The notes: a model not told the origin generated them from the sequence alone. Shown: positions 1 to 11,165, counted from the stretch's first letter. The stretch is DNA of 64,000 nucleotides from Gammaproteobacteria bacterium (GCA_965222615.1 CBDCUI010000007.1:544001-608000); one strand, 5' to 3'. A program made the numbers and translations.

Positions 1-463
1 ACATTGATTTTTAAGGATTTTTCTCAAGCAGGTTGTAACTCGCTTTGAATCTCTGATAAGCGGAAGCGCTTGATTTAAAAATGTGAACAGGGTTTATTGC
101 GCGTAAAATAGCGCAACATTTTTCACCGATGAGCGGTAAAAACTACAATAATTAGACTGAAAATCTTTCCTTAACTCAAGTAAAAATTTTCTACGGAAAA
201 TAATTTTCTAAAAGCTTTGATGTATGCACATATAAAACTGTGGATAGTGTGCAAAAAAATCCTGACCAACGCACACGATAAAAACTTACTCACAATAAAA
301 GGTAGAAAAAAGCAGACTTGATGAGATCCGTTCGCATGCATTTTTAAAATGCTTCAAAACACACTGAATTCACATTAGTTATCAAATTTCCACGGATAAC
401 GCTGCGATAAATCCAGACGAATGGAGAATTGATTCAGCCTTTTCTAGATATAAGATTTAGCTT

Positions 464-871
464 TTACCATTTACTAGCAGGAGTTTTGTTATTTCTAGAA
501 TCTAGTGTTAGATCACCATCTGCAACTTGGCCACCTTGTGCAGTCGCCGTTAATTCAACACATTGACTAAGTGTTAATGTGGGACATGCTTGTGCAGTTA
601 CTAAATAGAATTGTTTATCTGAAAGCACGGTCCCTCCACCAGCATCTGGAAACCCTAAGTCTGCAATTAGATCTGCTGTGTAGATACTGTTACGCGAAAA
701 AAACTTTTCTTGCGCTTGCATGATTTCTAATAGCACTTTTTGCCCATCGGTGCGTCGATTTTTGCGCATTTGACTTTGATATCCAGGGAATGCCAATGCA
801 ACTATGATGGCTAGTATGACTACTACAACCATCAACTCGATAAGCGTTATACCAGTGTTTTGTTTAAACAA
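464..871 (-). CDS. pilE: type IV minor pilin PilE
   Basis: Prepilin cleavage motif G|ITLIELMVVVVILAII, then PGYQSQMRKNRRTD; last gene of the minor pilin operon. Confidence 0.9.
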   Translation of the reverse strand: MFKQNTGITLIELMVVVVILAIIVALAFPGYQSQMRKNRRTDGQKVLLEIMQAQEKFFSRNSIYTADLIADLGFPDAGGGTVLSDKQFYLVTAQACPTLTLSQCVELTATAQGGQVADGDLTLDSRNNKTPASKW

Positions 872-889
872 GGTTGAATAGGTAACTGC

Positions 890-1252
890 TTAGTGAGCAG
901 GGATCGTATACGCAGGTAATTGCCACAATTTTTTAATATGGCCTTTTTTAAGCGAGCCGCTATGCAAGCTGAACGCTACCGGCATGCCCGGTTGCAGTTG
1001 ATCGACCGTACCAAATTCAGTACTCAAAAGATGTACTTGTACATTTAGATCATATTTAATACGTAGTGCACCAAACAACATTTCGCTTTTCTTTTTATCA
1101 ATACCAGTGAAAATTGCAGAATGTTCGAAATAATCCGGATAGTATTGTGGTAAATTGGAAAGTGTTACTTGAGCAGGCTGTTCAGCAAACAATACTGCAG
1201 AAATTAAACTAAGTGCTACTACAAAAGTTAAATTTCGAATCTTCCTACACAT
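890..1252 (-). CDS. secreted protein in the PilY2 position
   Basis: Signal peptide; lies between pilY1 and pilE; family not recognised from sequence alone. Confidence 0.6.
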   Translation of the reverse strand: MCRKIRNLTFVVALSLISAVLFAEQPAQVTLSNLPQYYPDYFEHSAIFTGIDKKKSEMLFGALRIKYDLNVQVHLLSTEFGTVDQLQPGMPVAFSLHSGSLKKGHIKKLWQLPAYTIPAH

Positions 1253-1264
1253 AACTAGTTACCG

Positions 1265-4200
1265 CTAATCAAAACGTATCTCTTTCCAGGAGTGTCTACC
1301 TAATAAACTACCCAAACCATCATCAAGGTCAGGATTTACCAGGATACGATCGAGTGTTTTATTGGATAGTTGAGTCACGCGATAGTCACCAACAAAAGTA
1401 GAGTCGCTGGGAGTACTTTCAAAGCGAGTGCCCACAATGATATTGGTAATACCACTTAAGTCATTCAAATTGTCATCCGCATTAAACACGCCATCAATAT
1501 TGATATCAAAGATTACATCTGAACCGGAACCGCCAGTAACGGGATCGATACTCAGACCAAATCCCCCTGGAGGCGGTGCACAAATCGTACCTTCTTGAGG
1601 AATCACGGTACTAAAGAACAATTGATTACTGCGCAATTGCAAATTACGTATAGGGCGTTCACCTGGAAACTGAATACCCGTGCCTGATGGCGGCGGCACA
1701 TCAAAATCGATATACCAGCCTCTAACTTGATTACTGCCAGTGTTATCCCAGGGAACGGGATTACTGGTCACCGTACGAACTTCTAGACCATTATCAATAG
1801 AAGTTGTTAAAGTCTGCTCGACTAATTCCGATGTAGTGCTGTTTAATTCAATAGGTAAGTTAGTGCCAAGCGTATCATCCCAAAGCCCGTAAAGGGTTTG
1901 AATGCCAGTGCTGGTGGCATCGTCTTTAGTAAAGAAGCTACCGGTTCCGACCACTATGATAAACCCATCTGCAGTGGGATGTTTAATTACCGTTGGTTGA
2001 TTGGTAATCGGTTGCGGCGTTGTGCGCGGAAAGCCGGAACTATATTTTGCTTGCAACAAAACTTTTGTATTACTTAAATTTGACCAATTACTCGCATTGC
2101 CACTGCTGATATCGACGACATAGACATTGCCTTGCAAGTCACCGGCATAGAGTCGATCTACCGTGCCATCGCCATCCGCATCGATACCTCGAACACCCGC
2201 AATGCCATTGGGCGTGCTGCCATCGACACTAGTTGTTTTTCCAATACCGGTATCGATCTTAATGAAATCACCAACATCGGCCCAGCCATTGAAACCTTCT
2301 TCAATAAATAGGATATAGATTACCGCATTGCCATCTGTACTGGTGCTGTTAAAGCCGTTGCCAAAAATTGCCACCCATTTATTATCACCATTTGCAGCTT
2401 CTACATTACTCATAGCAATTACGGGTTTACTAAAAGTAAAACCGAGGTCACTAGCACCCACACCACCATCGTCTTTCTCGGTGAACTCCCACATTACCGT
2501 ATTGGTATCAAAGCTAGTGGGATCAGTTATATCTAATGCGAAATAGCCTTTGCCACCGGCACCCAAACCATTAATTAGCACAGTACGCCATTCACGCGAT
2601 GATGCTGAGCCTGTTGGCAAAATATAAGCATCATTGATACTTGGCGTCGCATCGACAAAAAAGCGGTGGTTATAGTCTGGATCGGTATATAAAGGAATGT
2701 CACCCAGCAATACATTCGGAATATAAGCGAATTTTTCCACTCCATCGGCCACTTTAAATGCATGTAACATGCCATCATTAGCGCCCACATAGACCAACTG
2801 TTCACGTGTACGATTCGCCACTACGAATTCAAAATAGGAATTGCCAGAGGTGTTTGGGAATTCACCACCAAATCGACTAGCAAAAGGTGGTTCACCTACG
2901 AATACCGGTGCTGAATGTACAATGTCACCAATTTTCCCACCCGTAGTAATATTGTCTGTGCTGGTACTACGCGGAGCACGTATACGCATTTCACCATCAT
3001 CATAACTAACGCCTTCGTTTGAAGTATCACCACGTAAATAATTTACGCGTATGGGTGTAATGGCACTTGTGGGGCTTACATTTGCAGGTGGAGGCGAAGG
3101 TGCGGAAGCCAATGTGGTTTTTTGATTATTGGTCAAGCCATTTGCAGCGACTGCATCGAATACCCGACCGCCACGTGGTGATTCGTCACTATAGGTTAGT
3201 ATTAAGCGTGAACTTATTGGCAAATCATCCAACTCCCTTGCCGCACTCCATTCAAAAATTGGATTGCCCGTAATCGGATCTTCATTAAAAGTACCATCGG
3301 TATTAACACGTTGTGCCGCAAGCTCACCGCTGTTGTTACCTAGATTAGAAAAGGTTCTAAACACCAAGGTATCTTCGGTAATATTCTGTGTATTAAAGGC
3401 AACCGATGAGGTAGAGCTCTCATTGGTTGCGGCACGTGTAAACACAGTTTGCACATCTGTTTGTAATTGATCTAAGTCATCGGTAGTAAAAAAATCTCCG
3501 CGACCATTGAAAGCCGTATGTCGTAAGTCATCGGCCATGCCATCTAAAGTCGAGGGATCGGGCCAAGCAGGACTTGCTGCACTACTGGGTGGAGACGGAT
3601 TCGCCGATATAGTGCCAATCCCTTGTAAACCAATTCCGATCACATTAGTTTCAAGATGCTGTTGTAATTTATCGCCTGCTTGCAAAGTAGGTGTACTGGG
3701 ATCGCGATTTAAATCGATATTGGTAACCGGCACATCATCCACTAAAGAACTATGTAAATCTCTTTCATAATAGTGTATTGCCACATCTGCAAGTGTATTG
3801 CTAAAGCTATCCGCAAATGCCCCGCCATCAAAATCTGTATTATTATCACCATCCGCATTACCAACACTAGGAGCTACACCATCATAAGTACTATCGGTAA
3901 TTACAATGGTTGCGTTACGTTGACACGCACCTGTAGGAGCTGCTTCAACGGGACATACTGCATCACCCGGATTTGAATTTGAAGTACTGTTAAAAATATC
4001 TCCAGACAGACATTCAAAATAGCGGCCAACTTTGCCTAAGCTGGTTCGCAATGGGCTCCCGCCGATAGAGTTGGTTTTGTAGATTTCATCCAGGATTAGT
4101 TTTTTATCGCCAATGCGTGGTGATTGATTTAATAATTTCACTGCGACACCATTACTAGCATTCTGGTTAGTGGTTGCATAACCGATACGTGCAGAACTAT

Positions 4201-5053
4201 TCCCTGCGACCAATCTACCGGTAATCGCCTTAGCAACAAATTCTCGTTTGCGGTAATAAGTAAACCAGTTGGCAAACTTTTGTTGCAAAGCGGCTTCATT
4301 TTTAATTAAAAATTCTTGTGGCATCTCACTATCTTGTGCAATACCGTCATTATTGGCATCTATCCACTCGCCATAATATTTAAACCCGTCGCCATTAATA
4401 CGATTACCACTAGCATCCATGCCTGCTTTATGCAGGGTTAAATCAATAAAGTGTTGTGGATCAAATGGGTCATCGGGTGCATTGGTAATGGATGCATCGC
4501 CAAATGGATTGCCATTGATATCCACTCCCGACCACGGCGAATATTCTTTACTCGGATCAAAATACAAAGGATTAAAAGAAAAACTACGCGCTCGCCATGC
4601 ATCATCATCGGCGACAAAACAGTTTTCACTGCCTGCAACAGTTGGGCTACTGGTATTGGTTGGAAACGCAACGATATAGGCATAACCGCCTGCCGCACTG
4701 GACTCTGTCAAACAATTTGCATCACCGGGATCGCCATCATCTTCTCTTTGCGTAATCTCCGTAGGCAGTCCACTGCCATCCAAACCGGGGGCATTAAACC
4801 TGCCACCATTTAATGCATCTCGGGTTAATATCTCCCAGTCCATACTTGCCGAGTCATTACTAAGGATAAAAACATTAGGCGCGACAGAAGGGGTTAGCTC
4901 TAATGGAACATTCGAAATATCTAAAGGCCCTGCATTAATTTGTGTAGCGATAGAAAAAACAACTACGCACACCAAAGCATAAATGGTCTGTTTTAAGTTT
5001 TTTATAGCAGGAAAATTCACAAACTTAATTTTGTTAGAACCTATCGGAGCCAT
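1265..5053 (-). CDS. pilY1: type IV pilus tip adhesin PilY1
   Basis: 1262 aa; FANWFTYYRKR, VYVGANDGMLHAF, Ca-binding DADGDGTVDRLYAGDLQGN and C-terminal GRHSWKE motifs. Confidence 0.95.
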   Translation of the reverse strand: MAPIGSNKIKFVNFPAIKNLKQTIYALVCVVVFSIATQINAGPLDISNVPLELTPSVAPNVFILSNDSASMDWEILTRDALNGGRFNAPGLDGSGLPTEITQREDDGDPGDANCLTESSAAGGYAYIVAFPTNTSSPTVAGSENCFVADDDAWRARSFSFNPLYFDPSKEYSPWSGVDINGNPFGDASITNAPDDPFDPQHFIDLTLHKAGMDASGNRINGDGFKYYGEWIDANNDGIAQDSEMPQEFLIKNEAALQQKFANWFTYYRKREFVAKAITGRLVAGNSSARIGYATTNQNASNGVAVKLLNQSPRIGDKKLILDEIYKTNSIGGSPLRTSLGKVGRYFECLSGDIFNSTSNSNPGDAVCPVEAAPTGACQRNATIVITDSTYDGVAPSVGNADGDNNTDFDGGAFADSFSNTLADVAIHYYERDLHSSLVDDVPVTNIDLNRDPSTPTLQAGDKLQQHLETNVIGIGLQGIGTISANPSPPSSAASPAWPDPSTLDGMADDLRHTAFNGRGDFFTTDDLDQLQTDVQTVFTRAATNESSTSSVAFNTQNITEDTLVFRTFSNLGNNSGELAAQRVNTDGTFNEDPITGNPIFEWSAARELDDLPISSRLILTYSDESPRGGRVFDAVAANGLTNNQKTTLASAPSPPPANVSPTSAITPIRVNYLRGDTSNEGVSYDDGEMRIRAPRSTSTDNITTGGKIGDIVHSAPVFVGEPPFASRFGGEFPNTSGNSYFEFVVANRTREQLVYVGANDGMLHAFKVADGVEKFAYIPNVLLGDIPLYTDPDYNHRFFVDATPSINDAYILPTGSASSREWRTVLINGLGAGGKGYFALDITDPTSFDTNTVMWEFTEKDDGGVGASDLGFTFSKPVIAMSNVEAANGDNKWVAIFGNGFNSTSTDGNAVIYILFIEEGFNGWADVGDFIKIDTGIGKTTSVDGSTPNGIAGVRGIDADGDGTVDRLYAGDLQGNVYVVDISSGNASNWSNLSNTKVLLQAKYSSGFPRTTPQPITNQPTVIKHPTADGFIIVVGTGSFFTKDDATSTGIQTLYGLWDDTLGTNLPIELNSTTSELVEQTLTTSIDNGLEVRTVTSNPVPWDNTGSNQVRGWYIDFDVPPPSGTGIQFPGERPIRNLQLRSNQLFFSTVIPQEGTICAPPPGGFGLSIDPVTGGSGSDVIFDINIDGVFNADDNLNDLSGITNIIVGTRFESTPSDSTFVGDYRVTQLSNKTLDRILVNPDLDDGLGSLLGRHSWKEIRFD

Positions 5054-5579
5054 ATACAGACTGTAAAATTACGGCAGTGTTGTCACTGCCACCTGTGCCT
5101 CTTGAGGTGATACGGAAAAGTTGCACGGTTTTACTGGCTTCACCTTCACCATAATTTTCTAATTGAACCTTGGGTGCAATTTGTGTTTCTGCAATGTGTT
5201 GCACTACAAACTTTGGAGCTGTAATTACGTTAAGTAGATTAAATCCGGTGTGGGTACGTGAACCTGTGTCCCAATCAATCGCATCCCAAATCATGTCGTA
5301 TTGATTGTCATACAGACCATCACTACCATCATTATCAAACATGCCCAAAGTTAATGTGCCGGAATCAATTAAGGCTTCCCCTGCTTGTAAACCTGCTTCA
5401 GCCGCTTGAAATGTCACCATGCTATCGCGTGTATTACCTGCCATACGCTCTTCTAAGTTAGTACTCTGCATGCTGGTGATCGCAATGAGTGACATAATTA
5501 ACAACAGGATCAAACCAACAAACAATACGGCACCTTGTTGATTTGTAGATTGACTAATTATTGTTGTTTGAATTTTCAT
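5034..5579 (-). CDS. pilX: type IV minor pilin PilX
   Basis: QQG|AVLFVGLILLLIMSL, ERMAGN..D, FQAAEAGL, FRITSRGTG. Confidence 0.92.
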   Translation of the reverse strand: MKIQTTIISQSTNQQGAVLFVGLILLLIMSLIAITSMQSTNLEERMAGNTRDSMVTFQAAEAGLQAGEALIDSGTLTLGMFDNDGSDGLYDNQYDMIWDAIDWDTGSRTHTGFNLLNVITAPKFVVQHIAETQIAPKVQLENYGEGEASKTVQLFRITSRGTGGSDNTAVILQSVYGSDRF

Positions 5580-5581
5580 AA

Positions 5582-6646
5582 TTAATTAGCCACTCGGTTA
5601 CGTAAATTTACTGTGGTATTCACTACATAACGAAGTCTTTGATCACCTAAATGTGCAGGAGTCGAGCTATCAGAAATTAACGTGCCGGCGACATTATAGG
5701 TATTGGTGTCGACTTGAGTTGCAATCTGTTCACCCGTTGACATTAACAATCCAAGTCGTACCGTAATAACACTAGGCCATTCTGCTACATCGATGTCATT
5801 GGCGGCTTCATAACGATCTGCAACTTGGTCATTATCAACATCTAAGCCATACAGGATTTGCATAGTTTCGACACCTTCCAGTAACTCTTCCTCGTTCATA
5901 GTCACAGTTTCATTTCCACCAATTAATTCCGCTTCAAGTACACGCACTTTTAGGGCATTTACATTCGGGTTAAAGCTGCTTGGCGCAATGTAATAAATCA
6001 CTGGCTCATAAGAAGCGATTTGTGCATCTTCTCCAAACACACCAATATTAGTGATTGCATTTCCAGGTGCTATTCCAGCATTAGACCCGTAATCAATAGT
6101 CGCGTTACCGGGTAAGCTATTAAAAATTTGAAACATTGCAGCTTGACGAGGATCACAAACCAATGCGACTTCACCTTTTTTAAATTCTCCACTTGGAAAA
6201 GAGTCTTGCAGTTTAAATCGATCAATGCTGTCATCATGAAAAGCGATCGTACCTGCAAATACTCCACCTTTTAGAATCGCCACTGCGTCCGAGCCTGCAA
6301 CAACATCACTACTGATCTGAGTTGGAAAAGTACTCACACCACCCTCATAACCTCGTATGCCAAAATTAAAGTAATCTAAATACCAGTTGGTATTGCCCGT
6401 TACTGCATTAGTTACGGTTGATGGAAATCTACATGGCATATAACCAGCCATGCGAATATCGCGTGTCATGAATTCCAAGCTATAACGTAAATTTTCTTGC
6501 AAACGCGATAAATTATCCGTCATGCGATAGGTTTGTTTACTGCTTAAATACACACCAAGCACGCCACTTGTTAAAAATAGCCCCAACAATAATGCGACCA
6601 TTAACTCGACGACGGAAAAACCTCGTTGTTTAGCGACGATCTTCAT
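5582..6646 (-). CDS. pilW: type IV minor pilin PilW
   Basis: QRG|FSVVELMVAL, DIRMAGY, GVETMQILYGLD, VNLRN. Confidence 0.92.
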   Translation of the reverse strand: MKIVAKQRGFSVVELMVALLLGLFLTSGVLGVYLSSKQTYRMTDNLSRLQENLRYSLEFMTRDIRMAGYMPCRFPSTVTNAVTGNTNWYLDYFNFGIRGYEGGVSTFPTQISSDVVAGSDAVAILKGGVFAGTIAFHDDSIDRFKLQDSFPSGEFKKGEVALVCDPRQAAMFQIFNSLPGNATIDYGSNAGIAPGNAITNIGVFGEDAQIASYEPVIYYIAPSSFNPNVNALKVRVLEAELIGGNETVTMNEEELLEGVETMQILYGLDVDNDQVADRYEAANDIDVAEWPSVITVRLGLLMSTGEQIATQVDTNTYNVAGTLISDSSTPAHLGDQRLRYVVNTTVNLRNRVAN

Positions 6647-7137
6647 AACTCAACTAAAACGGTTATAGACTCGGGATTAGGATTACCACGTTCCAACCAT
6701 TGCACAGTTACCGTAATCTCATTGCCATTGCGCGTAACGCTACCATCTCCACCAGGAAGAATCGTGGTTAAATTATGTGGTGCAATACATGCAGCATTCC
6801 CTGCATAAGCACCTAGTGCACATTTCCATTGCAATACATCAAAATTGGCAAGCTGTGAGGGAGAGCAGTCAGCCGTAGTAGTTTGACAATTAATAAAAGC
6901 CGGAATTGCATTCAAGGCAGTGTTGTAACCACCAACAAGTGCTTCGTCTCGATTGGCTCTTATTTTATCCACCATATCATAGGCAAAATAAGTCGCCTGT
7001 GTACGCATATAGGCATCGCGATTACTGGACAGGCTAAATAATTGCATACCTGCCATTCCCAATAAGCCAATGGATAACACGGCCAATGCCACTAATACTT
7101 CCATTAAAGTAAACGCGCTGTACTTACGAATATTCAT
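6643..7137 (-). CDS. pilV: type IV minor pilin PilV
   Basis: A|FTLMEVLVALAVLSIGLLGMAGMQ, RTQA, IRAN. Confidence 0.92.
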   Translation of the reverse strand: MNIRKYSAFTLMEVLVALAVLSIGLLGMAGMQLFSLSSNRDAYMRTQATYFAYDMVDKIRANRDEALVGGYNTALNAIPAFINCQTTTADCSPSQLANFDVLQWKCALGAYAGNAACIAPHNLTTILPGGDGSVTRNGNEITVTVQWLERGNPNPESITVLVEL

Positions 7138-7147
7138 TTGAAGTAAA

Positions 7148-7717
7148 TCATAAACATGTTGTTATAGGATTACCGCCATCATCGAGAGGAGTACCATTAT
7201 TATCAAGCTGAGCAAGTCGCACTCTGCCACTTATAACTACGAATATTGCTCTTGCCTTGGTCAGATCACCATCTTTACACATAACAAAGCGGCCACTATC
7301 ATTTGTACGCCCGCTTGGTCGAAAAGAAAGATTACCGCTAAGATTATCACCAAGTGAAATATTTGCAGGTAATGCGGAATGCACACGTAAAATAACATCG
7401 TCAGGATTATCACGATCCCCATCTTTATCGATGTCTAAGAATATAATCCAGCCATCTTCAAAATCTGTGCCACTACAACTTGAACTGTCACTGCTGTGAC
7501 AAATAGAAACTCGCTGGTTTCTTCTTATTGCTTCACTACGCGCATAATTTAAGGATGCTACAAACTCATTTATGTTTGCAGTAAGTTGATTACGTTCAAT
7601 GACGCGTTCAAAGCTGGGGACCCCTAAAGTCAACACAATAGCGGCCACCGCGATGGCAATCATGAGCTCGATCAGTGTGAATCCAAAATACTGTATCCGC
7701 ATCGCTGTCACCCACAT
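7148..7717 (-). CDS. fimT: FimT/FimU (GspH-like) minor pilin
   Basis: G|FTLIELMIAIAV, ARSEAIRRNQRVSIC, GWIIFLD; start may be 7702. Confidence 0.88.
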   Translation of the reverse strand: MWVTAMRIQYFGFTLIELMIAIAVAAIVLTLGVPSFERVIERNQLTANINEFVASLNYARSEAIRRNQRVSICHSSDSSSCSGTDFEDGWIIFLDIDKDGDRDNPDDVILRVHSALPANISLGDNLSGNLSFRPSGRTNDSGRFVMCKDGDLTKARAIFVVISGRVRLAQLDNNGTPLDDGGNPITTCL

Positions 7718-8118
7718 AAGTGATGCGATAGCACGACGTAAAGTTGACTAGGCCTATATCGTGGCCACTACCTTGTCAAAATTCTCAGTGCTCTAATATT
7801 ATAGAGCGTGTTCCTTCCTGAAACCTTCGCCGCGATATATCGCGATCTAATATTTTATTTAAATATAGTATAGCCTGTTGTTACAGTTTATTGTCTTGTC
7901 TGCCTATATTGTATTAGGTTCTATAAGTAAATTCTTGTTCCAAAACGAAAAACTTCTTTGCGGCTATGTGCTTGCTGGTAGGTAAGTTTTTTATTTTGCG
8001 GAATTTTTAACAGGTAAATGAGTTTACTCAAGGCGTGAATCTAGAGTACATATTTCCTTATAAAATATAAGGCTAAATGGATCTCAGGTGGGAGTTGAAT
8101 TTTCTTTATATATAAATG

Positions 8119-8147
8119 AAAAACCCACGGCCTCGCGACCGTGGGTT
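8119..8147 (-). terminator. intrinsic terminator hairpin
   Basis: Minus strand AACCCACGG-TCGCGAGG-CCGTGGGTT followed by TTT(C)ATTT. Confidence 0.75.
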
Positions 8148-8182
8148 CGAAAGCCTGCTTCCCTGTAGGCTTATGCGTAACC

Positions 8183-8225
8183 ATTTTATTGAGAGGGTAA
8201 GTGTGAAATCGTGAACCAGTTCACG
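8183..8225 (-). promoter_or_regulatory. putative CRP/Vfr class II promoter
   Basis: CGTGA-N6-TCACG at 8210-8225, centred at -41.5 relative to a TSS (~8176) inferred from -10 TAAAAT (8188-8183). Confidence 0.55.
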
Positions 8226-8294
8226 CAATTAGCAACGCCAATTTCCTTGCATCTTGTAAAGATTACCGATTATCCATGGTTATAAAAAACTACT

Positions 8295-8849
8295 CTAATT
8301 AGGCCTTTGTAAAGCTGCTTCCACTTGATTACGTTTTTCATTACCTGCTAAACAGGCAATAATTTCTAAAGCAAAATCCATTGCCGTACCAGGTCCACGT
8401 GAAGTAAAGATATTTCCATCTTGCTGCACTGCTGAATTTGTAATTTTCGTAGTTTTCAAATTTAACTCTTCTAAAACACCAGGATAAGCAGTTGCCTTTT
8501 TGTTTTCTAGCAAATTTGCATTAGCTAACACTTTTGGTGCAGCACATATTGCTCCAATCGGTTTGTTGTCGCTTAGCGTGCGCTTCAAGATTTCATGAAC
8601 CCTTTCGTCTTCATTCAAGTAATCAGCACCGGGTAACCCACCAGGTAGTACCACCATGTCAAACTCTTGATCCAACACTTGGTCCAGGGTTGTGTCGGCA
8701 ATAATTTTGGTACCACGGGATGCAGTAATGGCTTGTTCATCTAAACTTGCAGTAATAACTTCTATTTCCGCACGGCGTAATAAATCAATTATAGTGACCG
8801 CTTCCAGCTCTTCACAGCCTTGGGCTAAAGGGATGAGTACGCTTGCCAT
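8295..8849 (-). CDS. yajL: DJ-1/PfpI family protein (YajL/ThiJ)
   Basis: GCEELEAV, VLPGGLPGA, GAICAAP, TSRGPGTA. Confidence 0.9.
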   Translation of the reverse strand: MASVLIPLAQGCEELEAVTIIDLLRRAEIEVITASLDEQAITASRGTKIIADTTLDQVLDQEFDMVVLPGGLPGADYLNEDERVHEILKRTLSDNKPIGAICAAPKVLANANLLENKKATAYPGVLEELNLKTTKITNSAVQQDGNIFTSRGPGTAMDFALEIIACLAGNEKRNQVEAALQRPN

Positions 8850-9604
8850 TGTTTCGTTTTTGCTATTTCAATTAATTCGCTAACAGTTACTAGTCTTATA
8901 TTTTCTTTACCTAGTTTAGAAAGCTCTTGATCAAGTGCTTGCATGGTTGAATCATGAGGATGACCAATTGCTAGCGCATAGCCTTGATGTTTAGCAATTT
9001 TTATTAATCGTTTGATCTGCTTTTTCACAAATTCTTTATCATGTGCCTTAGTATCAAGAAAAACATCACGCACCAAGTTAGGAATATGGTATTCACTAGC
9101 AATATTGCCCGCAATGGTGCTGGCACTGGTTTTACTATCGATAAAGTATAAATAGTCATCTCGATTCGCGAGTGTTTGCATAAACAAGTCCATATGATCT
9201 TGATGCCGAGTTAATAAACTGCCCATGTGATTGTTAATACCGCGTGCATAAGGAACTGCGTCGATACTTGCATTGATAGTAAATATAAAGTCTTGTTTTT
9301 GCATGCCCATAGTCAATGCGCCATACCCAAGCTGTAGAGAATTATCTGCCTGCATGGGTAAATGCACCATCACCTCTTTACCTTTATGATGTGCAAGCTT
9401 TGCCAGTTCAATAGAATAAGGTCGCGCAGGTAGTATTGAACAGGTAATTTTCCAATCGGCATTGATGACGCGTTGACCTACACTGAGGCTATTACCCAAG
9501 TCGTCTATGATAATTGCTATGGCGGGTGAGCCAGCACTCACACCATTAAAAAGATGTACAAAAAATAAACTGGCGGCTATAGCCAGTCTATATAAATGTG
9601 TCAT
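8825..9604 (-). CDS. divergent polysaccharide deacetylase (YibQ family)
   Basis: IAIIIDDLG, HLPMQ, GINNHMGS, RDVFLD, AIGHPH. Confidence 0.92.
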   Translation of the reverse strand: MTHLYRLAIAASLFFVHLFNGVSAGSPAIAIIIDDLGNSLSVGQRVINADWKITCSILPARPYSIELAKLAHHKGKEVMVHLPMQADNSLQLGYGALTMGMQKQDFIFTINASIDAVPYARGINNHMGSLLTRHQDHMDLFMQTLANRDDYLYFIDSKTSASTIAGNIASEYHIPNLVRDVFLDTKAHDKEFVKKQIKRLIKIAKHQGYALAIGHPHDSTMQALDQELSKLGKENIRLVTVSELIEIAKTKQWQAYSSL

Positions 9605-9615
9605 GTAGTTACATA

Positions 9616-10968
9616 CTAGGTTGCAGTATTGCTAGTATAACTCACGCCTTTTAAAACTTTTAGTGCCTCGTCCAACGCATAATCCGTAGTATCGCTATCG
9701 GTTGCTTTTGGAATCGTTATGACTGATTTGGGCTTACGTACATCTTCCTCTTGACCCTCGTTCTCAAGATGGCCAGCTAAATCGGCCTCAGAAATACCAC
9801 CAAACCCTTTGTCTTTCTCTTCGTCTTCACCTTCTTCTTTTAATAAAATATCTGGAACAATTCCTTGGCTTTGAATCGACCTACCTGATGGCGTGTAATA
9901 CCGTGCAGTGGTCAATTTTAACGCAGCATTTTCTTTTAGCGGTAAAATAGTTTGTACAGAACCTTTACCAAAAGAAGTGGTTCCTAAAATAGTTGCACGT
10001 TCATGGTCTTGCATTGCGCCTGCAACAATCTCAGAAGCAGAAGCAGAGCCCTGGTTTATTAATACCACCAATCTTGCGCCATCAAGAGAATCACCCGTAC
10101 TTGCTGTGTACTTAAGCTCAGATTCTTCTACACGCCCCTCGGTATAAACAATTAGTTTATTGTCCTTTAAAAATACATCGGAAACCCCAACTGCACCCGT
10201 TAACACTCCGCCTGGGTTGTTACGTAAATCTAAAACCAATCCTTTTAGGTCTCCCTCATTTTTCTTTTTTAAACTATCAATTGCATTGAGTAAACCACGT
10301 GTAGTTTTAGATTGAAAATTAGAAATGCGCACATAACCATAACCTGGCTCAAGCATACGGCTTCTTACACTGCGCACACGAATAACATCTCGTGTTATAG
10401 ATATGTTAAGCGGAGCATCCTCGCCTTCACGCACAACGGTTAACTCAATTTTAGTCCCCTTCTTGCCCCGCATCAGCTTTACAGCTTCTTCCAAAGTCAT
10501 GCCTTTAACTGATTTATCATCTAACTTGATGATCAAATCACCTGCCTTTACTCCAGCACGTTCTGCTGGGGTATCATCAATGGGAGCAATAACTTTTACA
10601 AAACCACTCTCCATACCTACTTCAATTCCCAAACCACCAAACTCACCAGAAGTGCCAATTTGCAATTCACGAAATTGTTCTTCGTCTAAAAAAGCCGAAT
10701 GCGGATCAAGACCAGATAACATGCCACGAATGGCATTTTCTAAAAGCTCGCTATCGTCAACCTCAGTTACATAATCTTGTTTAATACGCGCATACACATC
10801 CGTAAAGACACGTAAATCTTCGAGCGGTAGTGCTGCAACTTTTTGTTTCTCTGCCCACACATTATGAGCCAAAGTCAGAGTAAACCCGAACACTAGACCC
10901 AACATCACTCCGATACTCATAGGGTGTTTATACTTCATCGCGACACTCCTAGACTGTAATTTTTCCAT
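9616..10968 (-). CDS. ctpA: carboxyl-terminal processing protease, S41 family
   Basis: LDPHS, PDZ GLGIEV, LDLRNNPGG, SASASEIVAG, FGKGSVQ. Confidence 0.95.
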   Translation of the reverse strand: MEKLQSRSVAMKYKHPMSIGVMLGLVFGFTLTLAHNVWAEKQKVAALPLEDLRVFTDVYARIKQDYVTEVDDSELLENAIRGMLSGLDPHSAFLDEEQFRELQIGTSGEFGGLGIEVGMESGFVKVIAPIDDTPAERAGVKAGDLIIKLDDKSVKGMTLEEAVKLMRGKKGTKIELTVVREGEDAPLNISITRDVIRVRSVRSRMLEPGYGYVRISNFQSKTTRGLLNAIDSLKKKNEGDLKGLVLDLRNNPGGVLTGAVGVSDVFLKDNKLIVYTEGRVEESELKYTASTGDSLDGARLVVLINQGSASASEIVAGAMQDHERATILGTTSFGKGSVQTILPLKENAALKLTTARYYTPSGRSIQSQGIVPDILLKEEGEDEEKDKGFGGISEADLAGHLENEGQEEDVRKPKSVITIPKATDSDTTDYALDEALKVLKGVSYTSNTAT

Positions 10969-11165
10969 CTAACCATCGCTCCATTATGAAAGGAAAATAT
11001 AGATACGCAATATATAAGACTGAACATTATTAAGGTTTAATCAAGTAAAAATGGTTCCAAATATTGGCTGTAATACTTAGATTATGGCTTAATTCGACAA
11101 AAATTTGCTTGAAATAAGTCACCTAGCACTGCAAATCCGACTACTGGATGATATTCAGCATCAAT

